Positions 29,825 through 38,975 of a stretch of 64,000 nt of DNA are shown in pieces. Both the position numbers and the translations under genes were made by a program. The stretch is taken from the IMG/VR virus record IMGVR_UViG_3300013121_000010, positions 13,903 through 77,902 of that record. The stretch is one strand, 5' to 3'. How positions within the stretch are numbered: position 1 is the first letter of the stretch; every line of letters begins with the position of its first letter. The DNA is from a virus. Taxonomy: Duplodnaviria; Heunggongvirae; Uroviricota; Caudoviricetes. The notes under the pieces are model-generated. The model ran no database searches. It saw nothing but the letters and a program-made list of their open reading frames with translations, and was not told the DNA's origin.

Positions 29825-30457
29825 ATGGCATCATTAGATTTCTATATAAATACTGGGGCTGATTTCAGCATTACTTCTGGACCTTCTGGGCTTGGCTTTT
29901 TTGGAAGCTCTGGCTTTGGTTCTTCTGTAGCCGTAGGTCAATGGCAAGGTCGTACATTCGTTACTGATGGAAATGGTGTAGTCCAAGGACCAGAAGCGAT
30001 GAATGTAAAATATCTAAATGCTGGTTCTGGAATTCCAGGCTCCATAGGCTCTGGTATTGGTTTACAGGCTATTCCTAATTATCAAGCTACTTTAAATCCA
30101 AGATTTACTCACGGTTCAGCAGTCCAAGTACAAAACGTAGAACTTCGTATATATGATAGAAATAATATAGATTTACCAGCAAGCGGTGTTACAACTAAAG
30201 TCGCCGAATTAATTCATCCTGGTAATACTCAAGTAGCAAATGGTTCCGGTGATAGCCAATGGATAACTCCTGGCGGTTCCGGCGTTACTGTTACACTTGC
30301 TAATTCCCCTGGTGAATCTGGTTTATTTGCTGGTAATGGTACAGAAAGCACTCTATCGGCAACCAGACATGATTGGTATGTAGCTATTAGTGCTTCACCA
30401 AACAGTATTGGGGCTAAAACTCAGTACGGTTTGCAACTCCAACTAGAATTTTTATAG
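29825..30457 (+). CDS. Hypothetical structural protein (210 aa)
   Basis: G/S/T-rich, last gene of the structural operon. Confidence 0.55.
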   Translation: MASLDFYINTGADFSITSGPSGLGFFGSSGFGSSVAVGQWQGRTFVTDGNGVVQGPEAMNVKYLNAGSGIPGSIGSGIGLQAIPNYQATLNPRFTHGSAVQVQNVELRIYDRNNIDLPASGVTTKVAELIHPGNTQVANGSGDSQWITPGGSGVTVTLANSPGESGLFAGNGTESTLSATRHDWYVAISASPNSIGAKTQYGLQLQLEFL

Positions 30458-31083
30458 AAAAAATAATAGAAAATAGATATGGACAAAATATTACATTTGT
30501 TAATTGTAAATGTGATTGTGGTAAAAGCAGCAAACAAAAATTAACTGCTATTGTTTCAGGCAGAATAGTAAGTTGTGGTTGTTGGAAAGCTGAAAAAGCA
30601 AAAGAAAGAATGATATTAAAAAATCAAATAAATTTATGTGATGGTCGTTCTAAAACAAGATTATATTCTATTTATTATGCAATGAAAAATAGGTGTATGA
30701 ACAATAAAATGAAACACTATAAAAACTATGGTGGTAGAGGTATAAAAGTATGTCAAGAATGGTTAGATTCTTTTGATGTTTTTAGGGACTGGGCTTTATC
30801 AAGTGGTTATAATGATTCTTTATCTATAGACAGGATTGATGTAAATGGTATATATGAACCATCTAATTGTAGATGGGCAACGCATAAAGAACAAGCTACA
30901 AACAGAAGAACAAGTTATTGGCATAAGTTTACAATAGAAGCTTTTGGTGAAAAGAAAAATTTAAACGAATGGTTAGAAGATGAAAGATGTGGAGTAAAAC
31001 AAGTTGGCTCTATTTTGTACAGACTTGGAACAGGAATGAGTCCAGAAGAAGCTATTTCTAAGAAATCTTCAAGAATAATCTAA
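30418..31083 (+). CDS. HNH-type homing endonuclease-like protein; N-terminus lacks a canonical start
   Basis: TRLYSIYYAMKNRC, YKNYGGRGIKVCQEW and SIDRIDVNGIYEPSNCRWAT. The frame is open upstream of ATG 30610 to 30418 and encodes the family's CKCDCG and SCGC motifs. Confidence 0.8.
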   Translation, partial: NSVRFATPTRIFIEKIIENRYGQNITFVNCKCDCGKSSKQKLTAIVSGRIVSCGCWKAEKAKERMILKNQINLCDGRSKTRLYSIYYAMKNRCMNNKMKHYKNYGGRGIKVCQEWLDSFDVFRDWALSSGYNDSLSIDRIDVNGIYEPSNCRWATHKEQATNRRTSYWHKFTIEAFGEKKNLNEWLEDERCGVKQVGSILYRLGTGMSPEEAISKKSSRII

Positions 31084-31379
31084 TCCACTTCCTTCAAAGA
31101 AGCAACTACATCTAATGCAGATACAGCATAAACTACACCTGTTTTAGTATAAGCTAGTTCTATTAATTCAGAACTAGCAGCTATAAATACTGTTTCGCCT
31201 TCGTACAACCCCTCAATTTCACTACCAACACTTATGACTTTGCCAACAATAAAATCATTTGGGGTGTCCTGAGTTTTGTTAAAAATGTAATTTGTCTCAT
31301 TTGACCTAGGCATAAATAAGCTGTCATTTACACAGATTACAATATAATCACCAAATGCCTTTATTTCCTGCTTATTCAT
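31080..31379 (-). CDS. groES: Co-chaperonin GroES-like protein
   Basis: 99 aa; IKAFGDYIVI...GKVISVGSEIEGLYEGETVFI matches the GroES pattern. Confidence 0.7.
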   Translation of the reverse strand: MNKQEIKAFGDYIVICVNDSLFMPRSNETNYIFNKTQDTPNDFIVGKVISVGSEIEGLYEGETVFIAASSELIELAYTKTGVVYAVSALDVVASLKEVD

Positions 31380-31845
31380 CTTGTAAGTTCCTTACAACTA
31401 ATTCATTGTCAATCATATCAAAAACTATATAACCGTTTTCATCAGCTTTTTCATTTACTAGATTTTGTAAATCTTGGTCTGGTAAAGAAAGGTATTTCCT
31501 TATTAAAGCTAGTCTACTAGCATTAAACTTTGAGCTATCTGTACACTCTGGTGATAGAGCTAATTCTTGAGTTGGAGCATCCATTAAATGTCTTGTTTGT
31601 AAACTTACTTCTTCTTTTGGAATATATACTGATTTAGGCCACCAAATATCTTCTACTGGTGGCTCTGGATTGTATACACCTTGAGCAAAATTAAAAATAT
31701 GTTCTACAGAAACAACACCTAATCTTTGTATTGATTCCACAACTTCAGCTTCTAACTCTTTAATAGAACGAATTGAATTCCAATCTTTATTTGGGTCTAT
31801 TTCTTTTAACCATCCACCAAAATTAGTTCTTATATATGTAGGCAT
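31372..31845 (-). CDS. Hypothetical protein (157 aa)
   Basis: ORF in the tightly packed minus-strand operon. Confidence 0.55.
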   Translation of the reverse strand: MPTYIRTNFGGWLKEIDPNKDWNSIRSIKELEAEVVESIQRLGVVSVEHIFNFAQGVYNPEPPVEDIWWPKSVYIPKEEVSLQTRHLMDAPTQELALSPECTDSSKFNASRLALIRKYLSLPDQDLQNLVNEKADENGYIVFDMIDNELVVRNLQDE

Positions 31846-31847
31846 AA

Positions 31848-32234
31848 TTACTTCTTTTTCCCCTTAAATTTAAACCAACCACCATTAGGTAATAAACCAA
31901 AATTCTTTAAAGCAAACTCTTCTTCATCCTTTCTATTTTCCTTTTCACCATCACTTAAAGAATCCCAACGTTTCTTAGGGTATAATGAACCGCTAGGCTT
32001 TTTCTTTTGTCCAAATGGTAATCTAGACCTACAGTGATTGCATACCAATTCATAATATTCATTCTCTTCTTCATCTTTTCTTACGACAAATCTTATATCC
32101 GTGCTTTTACAAGCACCGCACTCTGTGTTTGAAAAAAGTTCTTGCAATGAAGCTAACTCGTTAAATATATCTGTCGCTTTGTCAGCTTCAAAATTTACTA
32201 TAATTTGTGGATGTACTTTATACTGAACTTGCAT
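31848..32234 (-). CDS. Hypothetical Zn-ribbon protein
   Basis: CGACKS and CNHC motifs. Confidence 0.6.
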   Translation of the reverse strand: MQVQYKVHPQIIVNFEADKATDIFNELASLQELFSNTECGACKSTDIRFVVRKDEEENEYYELVCNHCRSRLPFGQKKKPSGSLYPKKRWDSLSDGEKENRKDEEEFALKNFGLLPNGGWFKFKGKKK

Positions 32235-32973
32235 CTTTCTTTCTCCAACCTTGAACGTACTTTGTTGTTACTGGTGATTGTTTTTGACCTGTTTGTATTT
32301 CTGATAAGAATTTAATCATATTGTGAGCAATAGAATATTCCACAGACTCAATGATATTATACTTATTCTTTCCTGAATTAATCAAATCCATAACGTTTAT
32401 ATCTAATTTAACGCACAGTCTATCTATAACATTTATTTGTTCTGGTGTTATAGGTTGCTTAGGTATAAAAGCCTCTGACTCTAAAACTAAATCTTCTGGT
32501 GTTACTTCGTCAGCAGCAACAACATTTTTTAGACATAGCATCTTTCTTATAGCTTGTGCCTCTGCCTTTGTAAAGGCGCTTGCGGCAGGGTGTAAATGAA
32601 ATGGCGCTGGTGTATTTCTTAAATTTACTTCCGCTATACCATCCTGTTCTATATAATCAACAATTTTGTATAATGGATGGCTTTCATTATTCATTAATAC
32701 TTTTACTCTTACATGTACAGTAGCATTATGATAGTTATCACTATTAGCAGGAGTAAAACTTATTATTTTCCTATCTATAATTGGCCCTATTAAATCTTGA
32801 ACAACTCTTATTAGTCCAGATGCTATGGGTCTGCCATCTTCTAATTCATCATCTTCAAATTTAGACATAACATAATCTGACCACTCTAATGAATTAAATG
32901 CTGGCGGTAATTTTTCTGTTATTTCACTTATTAGTTTCTTATCAAACATTTCTTCATTTTCATTTTCGCTCAT
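32218..32973 (-). CDS. Putative Rad52/Sak-like ssDNA annealing protein
   Basis: ASAFTKAEAQAIRKMLCL resembles the Rad52-family A.T.A..RA...LG helix; C-terminal ITPEQINVI motif. Confidence 0.4.
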   Translation of the reverse strand: MSENENEEMFDKKLISEITEKLPPAFNSLEWSDYVMSKFEDDELEDGRPIASGLIRVVQDLIGPIIDRKIISFTPANSDNYHNATVHVRVKVLMNNESHPLYKIVDYIEQDGIAEVNLRNTPAPFHLHPAASAFTKAEAQAIRKMLCLKNVVAADEVTPEDLVLESEAFIPKQPITPEQINVIDRLCVKLDINVMDLINSGKNKYNIIESVEYSIAHNMIKFLSEIQTGQKQSPVTTKYVQGWRKKDASSV

Positions 32974-33746
32974 TTCTTAATCTCCAAGTAATAAATATTA
33001 GCTTTTTTACCACTTTCTTTTTCTATTTCCTTAAGTTTATTCAATACATCATCTATTATATTATTTATTCTTATTTTAGATAATGTATAGTTAGTGTAAT
33101 TTTGTTGAATTCTTAATATACTAATTCCGTGAGAAAGTAATAGACCATTCTTCTCTGCATCGGACTTTTTGGCTCTCTCAAACGCTTCCTGACCCCATAT
33201 AGGTTTAAAATGCGATGGGCCGTCTATTTCTATACATAAATTAAAAGCAGGAAGGAATATGTCCATTTCCAACTTTTCATTAACTAACATATCGTCTTTA
33301 TGATATTGACATTTATAACCAGCATTTTTTAGAGCTTCAAGTATTATTTTTTCTAGTTTTGAACCTTCTTTTGAAGCTTTTCTAGCAGCATTAATACCTT
33401 TACTTCTAATTTCATTTATTTTTTCTTCTGACATACTATTCCATATTTCAGAACGTTTTTCAGATATAGCTTCTTTTTCAGAGTCAGTTAAATTAGTATA
33501 GCTTCTGTGTATGGATTCGGCAATCTTATTTCTGTGTTCGTCCGTTAGTTTTTTACCTTTTGTTGGGTGTTGACACACGCCGTTTTTTAAAGCTAACGAT
33601 TGACATTCACTTTTACTTCTAGGTTTGAAGCCCAGTTCCTTTGCTGCTTTTATTACTTTATTAATTGATATGTTTAATTCTTTAGAAATTTCTCTGAAAC
33701 TTCTTTGTTTACCAACATATTCCCTTTCAAAATATTCTTTGTTCAT
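32970..33746 (-). CDS. NUMOD3 + DUF559/Vsr-like endonuclease (freestanding homing endonuclease-like)
   Basis: N-terminal HTH, GKKLTDEHRNKIAES (NUMOD3-like), MDIFLP..LCIEIDGPSHF...D..KN (Vsr/DUF559 fold). Confidence 0.7.
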   Translation of the reverse strand: MNKEYFEREYVGKQRSFREISKELNISINKVIKAAKELGFKPRSKSECQSLALKNGVCQHPTKGKKLTDEHRNKIAESIHRSYTNLTDSEKEAISEKRSEIWNSMSEEKINEIRSKGINAARKASKEGSKLEKIILEALKNAGYKCQYHKDDMLVNEKLEMDIFLPAFNLCIEIDGPSHFKPIWGQEAFERAKKSDAEKNGLLLSHGISILRIQQNYTNYTLSKIRINNIIDDVLNKLKEIEKESGKKANIYYLEIKK

Positions 33747-34231
33747 AGTATTTTACTCAAATTAAAACGATTACCTATAACCCTAGCTTTTCTATTATAG
33801 CAATTATCTATCAAATCTGCATGATACATTGACCTGCATAATAGCTCTACTTTGTTATTTAGGAATAAACTGGCATAATTTTCATAATTTTTAATTGGAT
33901 TATGTCTAATAAACTCTAAATCCCAAACTAAAAATAATATTTTAGGTATTGTAATTATTTTAGTAGCTAGATGTGTTGTACTGGCACTAGTTGTTATAAT
34001 AGTACCTTTAAAACCCCAAGCTTCACTTACAGACATTATAGTTGTATTTAAATGCATACATACAGAATGTGGATTATTACAAAATAATAATACGTTATTT
34101 TTACTAGAATTTAATTCATTAATTATATCATAAGATAGTTGACTAGATTCTAAATTATCAACTATTATTCCTATTTGCTGAGTGTTCAATGTAAAATCTC
34201 CAATACGGCATCCAAAGTTTTCTGTAATCAA
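33743..34231 (-). CDS. Hypothetical protein at the end of the glycan cluster, possibly a GT-like fragment
   Basis: ORF with LFLVWDLEF motif. The start may be downstream of 34231 (TTG at 34189) because of the overlap with the upstream gene. Confidence 0.45.
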   Translation of the reverse strand: MITENFGCRIGDFTLNTQQIGIIVDNLESSQLSYDIINELNSSKNNVLLFCNNPHSVCMHLNTTIMSVSEAWGFKGTIITTSASTTHLATKIITIPKILFLVWDLEFIRHNPIKNYENYASLFLNNKVELLCRSMYHADLIDNCYNRKARVIGNRFNLSKIL

Positions 34232-35015
34232 ACGGGTTAAATAATCTATGATGATAATTAATTTTTAATAGCTCGTCCCATGAATCTACATTTATGTGAG
34301 GAAGTGAACTTAATAAGCTTTGTAAATTTTTTACTATTGGTATTCTACCTAAATATAAAGTTTCCCATGTTCTGTGGCAATCTAACCCATTTCCTCTTGG
34401 TGAAAGTACATAGGTGCTTTCCGTTATATCTGATAAATATTCATTATATCTTTCTCCATTTGAACCCATTCTTATATGAACAAAATTTTCACCTTTATTT
34501 TTTAATAGATTATAAGCTGTATTTAAAGCTGTGTTTCTTTCTAGAGGATTTGTTCTTAAATTAAAGTTTACATATATTCTATTTTTTGGTATATAATCTT
34601 CACTATTTTCTAGTTCATTGTACAACATTTCAGCTTTATCATAGTCAAAACAATATCTATTTTCAAGTCCTATAGGTAATTGAATAAGATTTTTTTGCTC
34701 ATCACATTCTATATTTTGACCGAACCAGTATTTTACATTATCTGGCTTTAAAGCATAATCAGCGTCGTTTTCACCTATTCTATCTCCTTCTTTACTATTC
34801 TTAATTGCTCCATCGCTATTATGTGTTATAAGAACAACATCATTTTTTATTTTTTCTATTTTTTTATATACATATTTAAAATCATGTGTATGACAATAAA
34901 CAGTTTTGCAATTATTTATATCTCCATCATGTTGGCCATTTCTGTGTAATTTTACATCAGCTAAATTTTGGAATTTTGTTCCACAAATATAGTTTTCCAT
35001 GAAAAACTCTTTCAT
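34158..35015 (-). CDS. Exostosin-like (GT47-like) glycosyltransferase
   Basis: YVLSPRGNGLDCHRTWETLYLGRIPIV matches the exostosin-family motif. Confidence 0.7.
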   Translation of the reverse strand: MKEFFMENYICGTKFQNLADVKLHRNGQHDGDINNCKTVYCHTHDFKYVYKKIEKIKNDVVLITHNSDGAIKNSKEGDRIGENDADYALKPDNVKYWFGQNIECDEQKNLIQLPIGLENRYCFDYDKAEMLYNELENSEDYIPKNRIYVNFNLRTNPLERNTALNTAYNLLKNKGENFVHIRMGSNGERYNEYLSDITESTYVLSPRGNGLDCHRTWETLYLGRIPIVKNLQSLLSSLPHINVDSWDELLKINYHHRLFNPFDYRKLWMPYWRFYIEHSANRNNS

Positions 35016-35018
35016 ATT

Positions 35019-35636
35019 TTATAATCTCCATAATGACATATTTTTATATGGGTATGTTTCAGCAACAGATGTTAATGGTCTACCTAAATTAAATGGTGCT
35101 TGAGTTAAATCAAGTTTCATGTGATGTATATATGGACAATTTTTTCTTTCAAAATTAGAAAATCCATATTTACTATAATCTTCTTCTTGTATTGGGTTAA
35201 GATAATTAGTTGCGAATAAATATTTAGCACCACTATTTTTTATATTGTCAATAATATTTAAGACCATATTATTAGGAAGATGAATCATAATATCTCTACA
35301 TATACAAACATCTGCCTTTCTTAAAGAATCTTTAGAAACATCACAAACATTTAATTTATAACCATTTTCTACTAAAGAAGGCCAATTTGCTCTACTATAG
35401 CAGTCATAACCAACATAATCATCTATAACTGGTGAAATGATTGTTTTCATCCAGAATAAATCGCCGCAACCAATATCATTTATTGATTTTATGCCAAATT
35501 TATTAGACTTATCTAAAAAATATCTAGATATAAACCACCTAATATTTTTAGTATGTTCTATATCGCTTGACCAACCGCAAACTGTATCTTTACTTGGCCA
35601 GCCTTGTTCAAAAATACTTAATAACGAGTTATTCAT
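35019..35636 (-). CDS. Class I SAM-dependent methyltransferase
   Basis: INDIGCGD motif I, YVGYD, ADVCICRDIMIHLP. Confidence 0.85.
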   Translation of the reverse strand: MNNSLLSIFEQGWPSKDTVCGWSSDIEHTKNIRWFISRYFLDKSNKFGIKSINDIGCGDLFWMKTIISPVIDDYVGYDCYSRANWPSLVENGYKLNVCDVSKDSLRKADVCICRDIMIHLPNNMVLNIIDNIKNSGAKYLFATNYLNPIQEEDYSKYGFSNFERKNCPYIHHMKLDLTQAPFNLGRPLTSVAETYPYKNMSLWRL

Positions 35637-36538
35637 ATTGTTGAGAATTCCTTAATTTTATGTTTATTATGCATGTGTAAATTAAACAGTTTAGTATATG
35701 TTTTATTCATACAGTGAATGTACGGATACGGTTTTTTAAACGATGCCCCTTTCCATTTAACACCGAAAGTTCTACCAATATCGTGATTTACTGTATCTAA
35801 AAAACCTGGGTCATGTCCATTATTAGTTCCAGCTAAATATTGACCATAAGATGCTGGGTCAAACAAATAATCACCTAATGTATTTTCATCTGGTAAGCTA
35901 GGAAAGTAATTAACATTTTTATAATGACGTAAAATTGTCATTTCATGTACCATATCTATTGTATATCTACTTATTAAAGCTGCATTTCCAAGTTTTAGCT
36001 GGTATAAATACCAATACATCATTTCATTTAAAACCATGTAATTTGGACAATGAACCACATTGCAAACACAATGTTTTTCATTCATATAACACATGGTTAT
36101 GTTTTCTCTGCTCTTTAAATAATACTCATAAAGCCACTCAAAAGAACCATAAATTAAGTTATCATTTTCTATATGCCAAAAATCTTTTAATTTATACTTA
36201 CAAACAAAAGCATTTAATAAAAATAATCTTTCTGATGTTCCATGCACAAAGTTTTCTGGTGATGGATAATGGGTGTTTGGCTTTCCCCAATTTTTAAACC
36301 ATGAAACTTCTCTGAATTCTCTTAGTAATACATTATCGGTTAATTCAGAAATAGGACATAATTTCACATTCTTTATATTAAATTTATTTGAAAACTTCCA
36401 CCAATGTTTTTCCTCTGCTATAAAAGTTATTTCACATTTAGGATTTGTTTTCTGAACTTGCTTAATACATACTTCGGTGTAATCAGGTATTTCTGAACCT
36501 GTATGAGTAAGAATAAGTTTACTATGCGTAATCTTCAT
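35633..36538 (-). CDS. Putative glycosyltransferase (GT-A-like)
   Basis: IPDYTEVCIKQV, ERLFLL, WHIENDNLIY, FDPASYGQYLAG, LFNLHMH; cluster context. Confidence 0.5.
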   Translation of the reverse strand: MKITHSKLILTHTGSEIPDYTEVCIKQVQKTNPKCEITFIAEEKHWWKFSNKFNIKNVKLCPISELTDNVLLREFREVSWFKNWGKPNTHYPSPENFVHGTSERLFLLNAFVCKYKLKDFWHIENDNLIYGSFEWLYEYYLKSRENITMCYMNEKHCVCNVVHCPNYMVLNEMMYWYLYQLKLGNAALISRYTIDMVHEMTILRHYKNVNYFPSLPDENTLGDYLFDPASYGQYLAGTNNGHDPGFLDTVNHDIGRTFGVKWKGASFKKPYPYIHCMNKTYTKLFNLHMHNKHKIKEFSTI

Positions 36539-37082
36539 AGTTTATATTCCAATCTTCCGTATTTATATCTATACTATTTGATAGTAGTGTTGTTGGTGGT
36601 CCTGTATCGTATGGATATGGTTTTAGCGGCATATATGTTCTATTGTATTTATAGTACTTTTCAAATGAAAAGTTAGGAAATTCTCTTGGAAAGTAATCTG
36701 AATCGTGTAATATAACAAGTGGAACATCATTAAATCTAACTATTGTATCAAGGCGTGATTCCCAATTACCTTGGTCTACAAATAATACTGCAATTTCCAA
36801 CTCGTTTAACTTACTTATTATTTCAGACCAATGTTTAAGCAGGAAAAATCTATGGTGGTCACTTACAAAATCTGTGAACTTCATAAACCATTTTTCATCA
36901 GTTTCTATAGAGATAGCATTCTTACCTAATTCCTTACAAACCTCATGTATTAAATGAGTGCTACCATCACCACAGCCTAATTCTACAATATGACCATTAT
37001 TAATCGACTTCTTAATACATTCATAAAGTACTGGTTGATGTGTAGCATAAGGGTTTGTTTTATGCATGTAGTTTATATTCAT
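36522..37082 (-). CDS. Class I SAM-dependent methyltransferase-like protein
   Basis: YATHQPVL, IVELGCGDGST, LFVDQ, VILHDS. Confidence 0.7.
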   Translation of the reverse strand: MNINYMHKTNPYATHQPVLYECIKKSINNGHIVELGCGDGSTHLIHEVCKELGKNAISIETDEKWFMKFTDFVSDHHRFFLLKHWSEIISKLNELEIAVLFVDQGNWESRLDTIVRFNDVPLVILHDSDYFPREFPNFSFEKYYKYNRTYMPLKPYPYDTGPPTTLLSNSIDINTEDWNINYEDYA

Positions 37083-37336
37083 TTATTTTCCTGTTTTCCC
37101 ATTCTTTCTTGAAGGTCTGCCACTAATGCTTGTAGTTGTTGAATATGAACTTCTTCATTATCATACGTTTTCACACGTTCTTTTTGTAAAAATTCTATAC
37201 AACAAGATTGATATGTTATTTTTTCTTGAAGTCTTTTAATTTGTTTTTCATGCGTAAAAAAGGTGTAGTCAGAAAGCACAGTATAACCTAATAATAATGT
37301 TAATATAACATATATTACAATATTTTTTATATCCAT
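37079..37336 (-). CDS. Small membrane-anchored coiled-coil protein
   Basis: Hydrophobic IVIYVILTLLLGYTVL followed by a heptad-like charged region. Confidence 0.55.
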   Translation of the reverse strand: MDIKNIVIYVILTLLLGYTVLSDYTFFTHEKQIKRLQEKITYQSCCIEFLQKERVKTYDNEEVHIQQLQALVADLQERMGKQENK

Positions 37337-38184
37337 GTATGCACCGTTAAAGCATCAAAACCAAGTTTTTCACAAATATCTATTTCTTTTGCTATCTCTA
37401 CATCAGTCCAAGGAAAAGGAGGAAGTCCATTGCCATGTTTACCACTTAATTTTGTTTTAAACTTTACTTTGTTGTATTTATCAGGCTCATATTTTTCCAC
37501 AAAATTACCATATATTTCGTAATCTGCTGGAATCCAATCTTCACAACATCTTTCACAAACATACTTATAAGCATCTTCTATTAATACATTTAGTGGTGTG
37601 TCAAAAATAATTTTATAAGCTGTTTTATTTTTATTTACAAAATTTAAATTTATATCTAAAAGTAATGAAAATGTTAAATCGTTGGTCATTAACATTATTT
37701 CAGATATAAAAGAATGGTCATAAACTCTACCAAATCCAAAACATTCTTCCATCATATTAAAATATGGTTTATGATTTTGGTCAACACCTAAGAAAAAGTT
37801 AAATTTATTATTTGTTATTAAGTCTAATTTTCTTAGTAAAATTAAATCTGAATCAATAACAAGATATCTATATGTTTCTGGTTTTTGAATAGCATAGAAT
37901 AATTTTATAAATTGTTGGTATATCCACTGTGGCCTTCTAAAGTTTTTAGCCTCTAACGGATTAAGAGGCATTATATCACTTTCTAATTCATTTATTACTT
38001 TGCATGGTGCAACTTTATTTAATTCTTCAACATCTATCTTTGTCGGAGTAACAATAGAAATAACTTTTGGTAAAGGGTTTAAATATTTTAGACTCTCCAC
38101 ACAAAAACGAAGTTTGTGATAATCTTTAATAGCTGCTGGTATTACTACATCGTATTCCATTTTATATCTAACTCCTGATGACAC
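37327..38184 (-). CDS. Putative glycosyltransferase (DUF6492-like, GT-A)
   Basis: DVVIPAAIKD, WIYQQFIKL, YLVIDSD (DxD), ADYEIYGNF. Confidence 0.6.
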   Translation of the reverse strand: MSSGVRYKMEYDVVIPAAIKDYHKLRFCVESLKYLNPLPKVISIVTPTKIDVEELNKVAPCKVINELESDIMPLNPLEAKNFRRPQWIYQQFIKLFYAIQKPETYRYLVIDSDLILLRKLDLITNNKFNFFLGVDQNHKPYFNMMEECFGFGRVYDHSFISEIMLMTNDLTFSLLLDINLNFVNKNKTAYKIIFDTPLNVLIEDAYKYVCERCCEDWIPADYEIYGNFVEKYEPDKYNKVKFKTKLSGKHGNGLPPFPWTDVEIAKEIDICEKLGFDALTVHTWI

Positions 38185-38975
38185 CCAACTATAGCAGAGA
38201 AATCAATAGAATTAAAATCTAAATAGTTCCCAGATACATAATTATCATTAATGTCTTTTACATTCTTACCAAACGTTTCACCATTTCTATTTGAACACGT
38301 TTCCTGCACTCTATTTATAGGAGTATTTACTACACAACTATGTTTAAACGATGCCATCATAGATGGAACACAATTTCTTAAATTATTCATAGCTATTTCT
38401 TGTTGATTTGGATTATTGAAATTACATTGTAAAAGTATTTCTTTTAATTGGCCAGTTCTAAATATATGGCCATCAACAGAACAAGGATAACCGAAATTCA
38501 TATAATTTGGTACTGATTTCCAATCCCAAAAAATCATATCTTCAAAACCAAATAACTCTTTAGGGCATATTGTTGGAATATTATTGTATGGGTCTTGAAT
38601 TGTAGTGTTTAAACCTAAACGCAGAGAAAAACACCCAATATTATCACTTTCCAATATATCTAGAACATCACTTTTATCACCGTTTCTATTTTGATAAACT
38701 ATATCGTCATCAGTAAAGAAAGTTGTGTAATTGTATGATTCATTTACTAATAACATTATATCATCTTTATAATTATCTTGTTTAATAAATGTTATAGACG
38801 GAAATTTACTTTTACATATTTCATAACCGCGTTCATATTCATCATTACTTGTTGTGTAAACCACGCTAATATTGTCAAACCAATCTAGATTCAACAATAT
38901 GCTTTCAATTATAAGCTGACATTGTGCAGCCCTGTCTTTAGATAGTATTATTCCTTGCATAGTTCTTCGTACCAT
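38145..38975 (-). CDS. Putative glycosyltransferase (GT2-like)
   Basis: IILSKDRAAQ, TFFTDDDI (DxD), FSLRLG, SVDGHIF. Confidence 0.6.
   Translation of the reverse strand: MVRRTMQGIILSKDRAAQCQLIIESILLNLDWFDNISVVYTTSNDEYERGYEICKSKFPSITFIKQDNYKDDIMLLVNESYNYTTFFTDDDIVYQNRNGDKSDVLDILESDNIGCFSLRLGLNTTIQDPYNNIPTICPKELFGFEDMIFWDWKSVPNYMNFGYPCSVDGHIFRTGQLKEILLQCNFNNPNQQEIAMNNLRNCVPSMMASFKHSCVVNTPINRVQETCSNRNGETFGKNVKDINDNYVSGNYLDFNSIDFSAIVGCHQELDIKWNTM

Noticed and set aside
30458-31083. Group I intron hosting the HNH gene
   Set aside because: The flanking genes are complete and convergent, so no interrupted exon pair exists, and no P/Q/R/S core was recognised.
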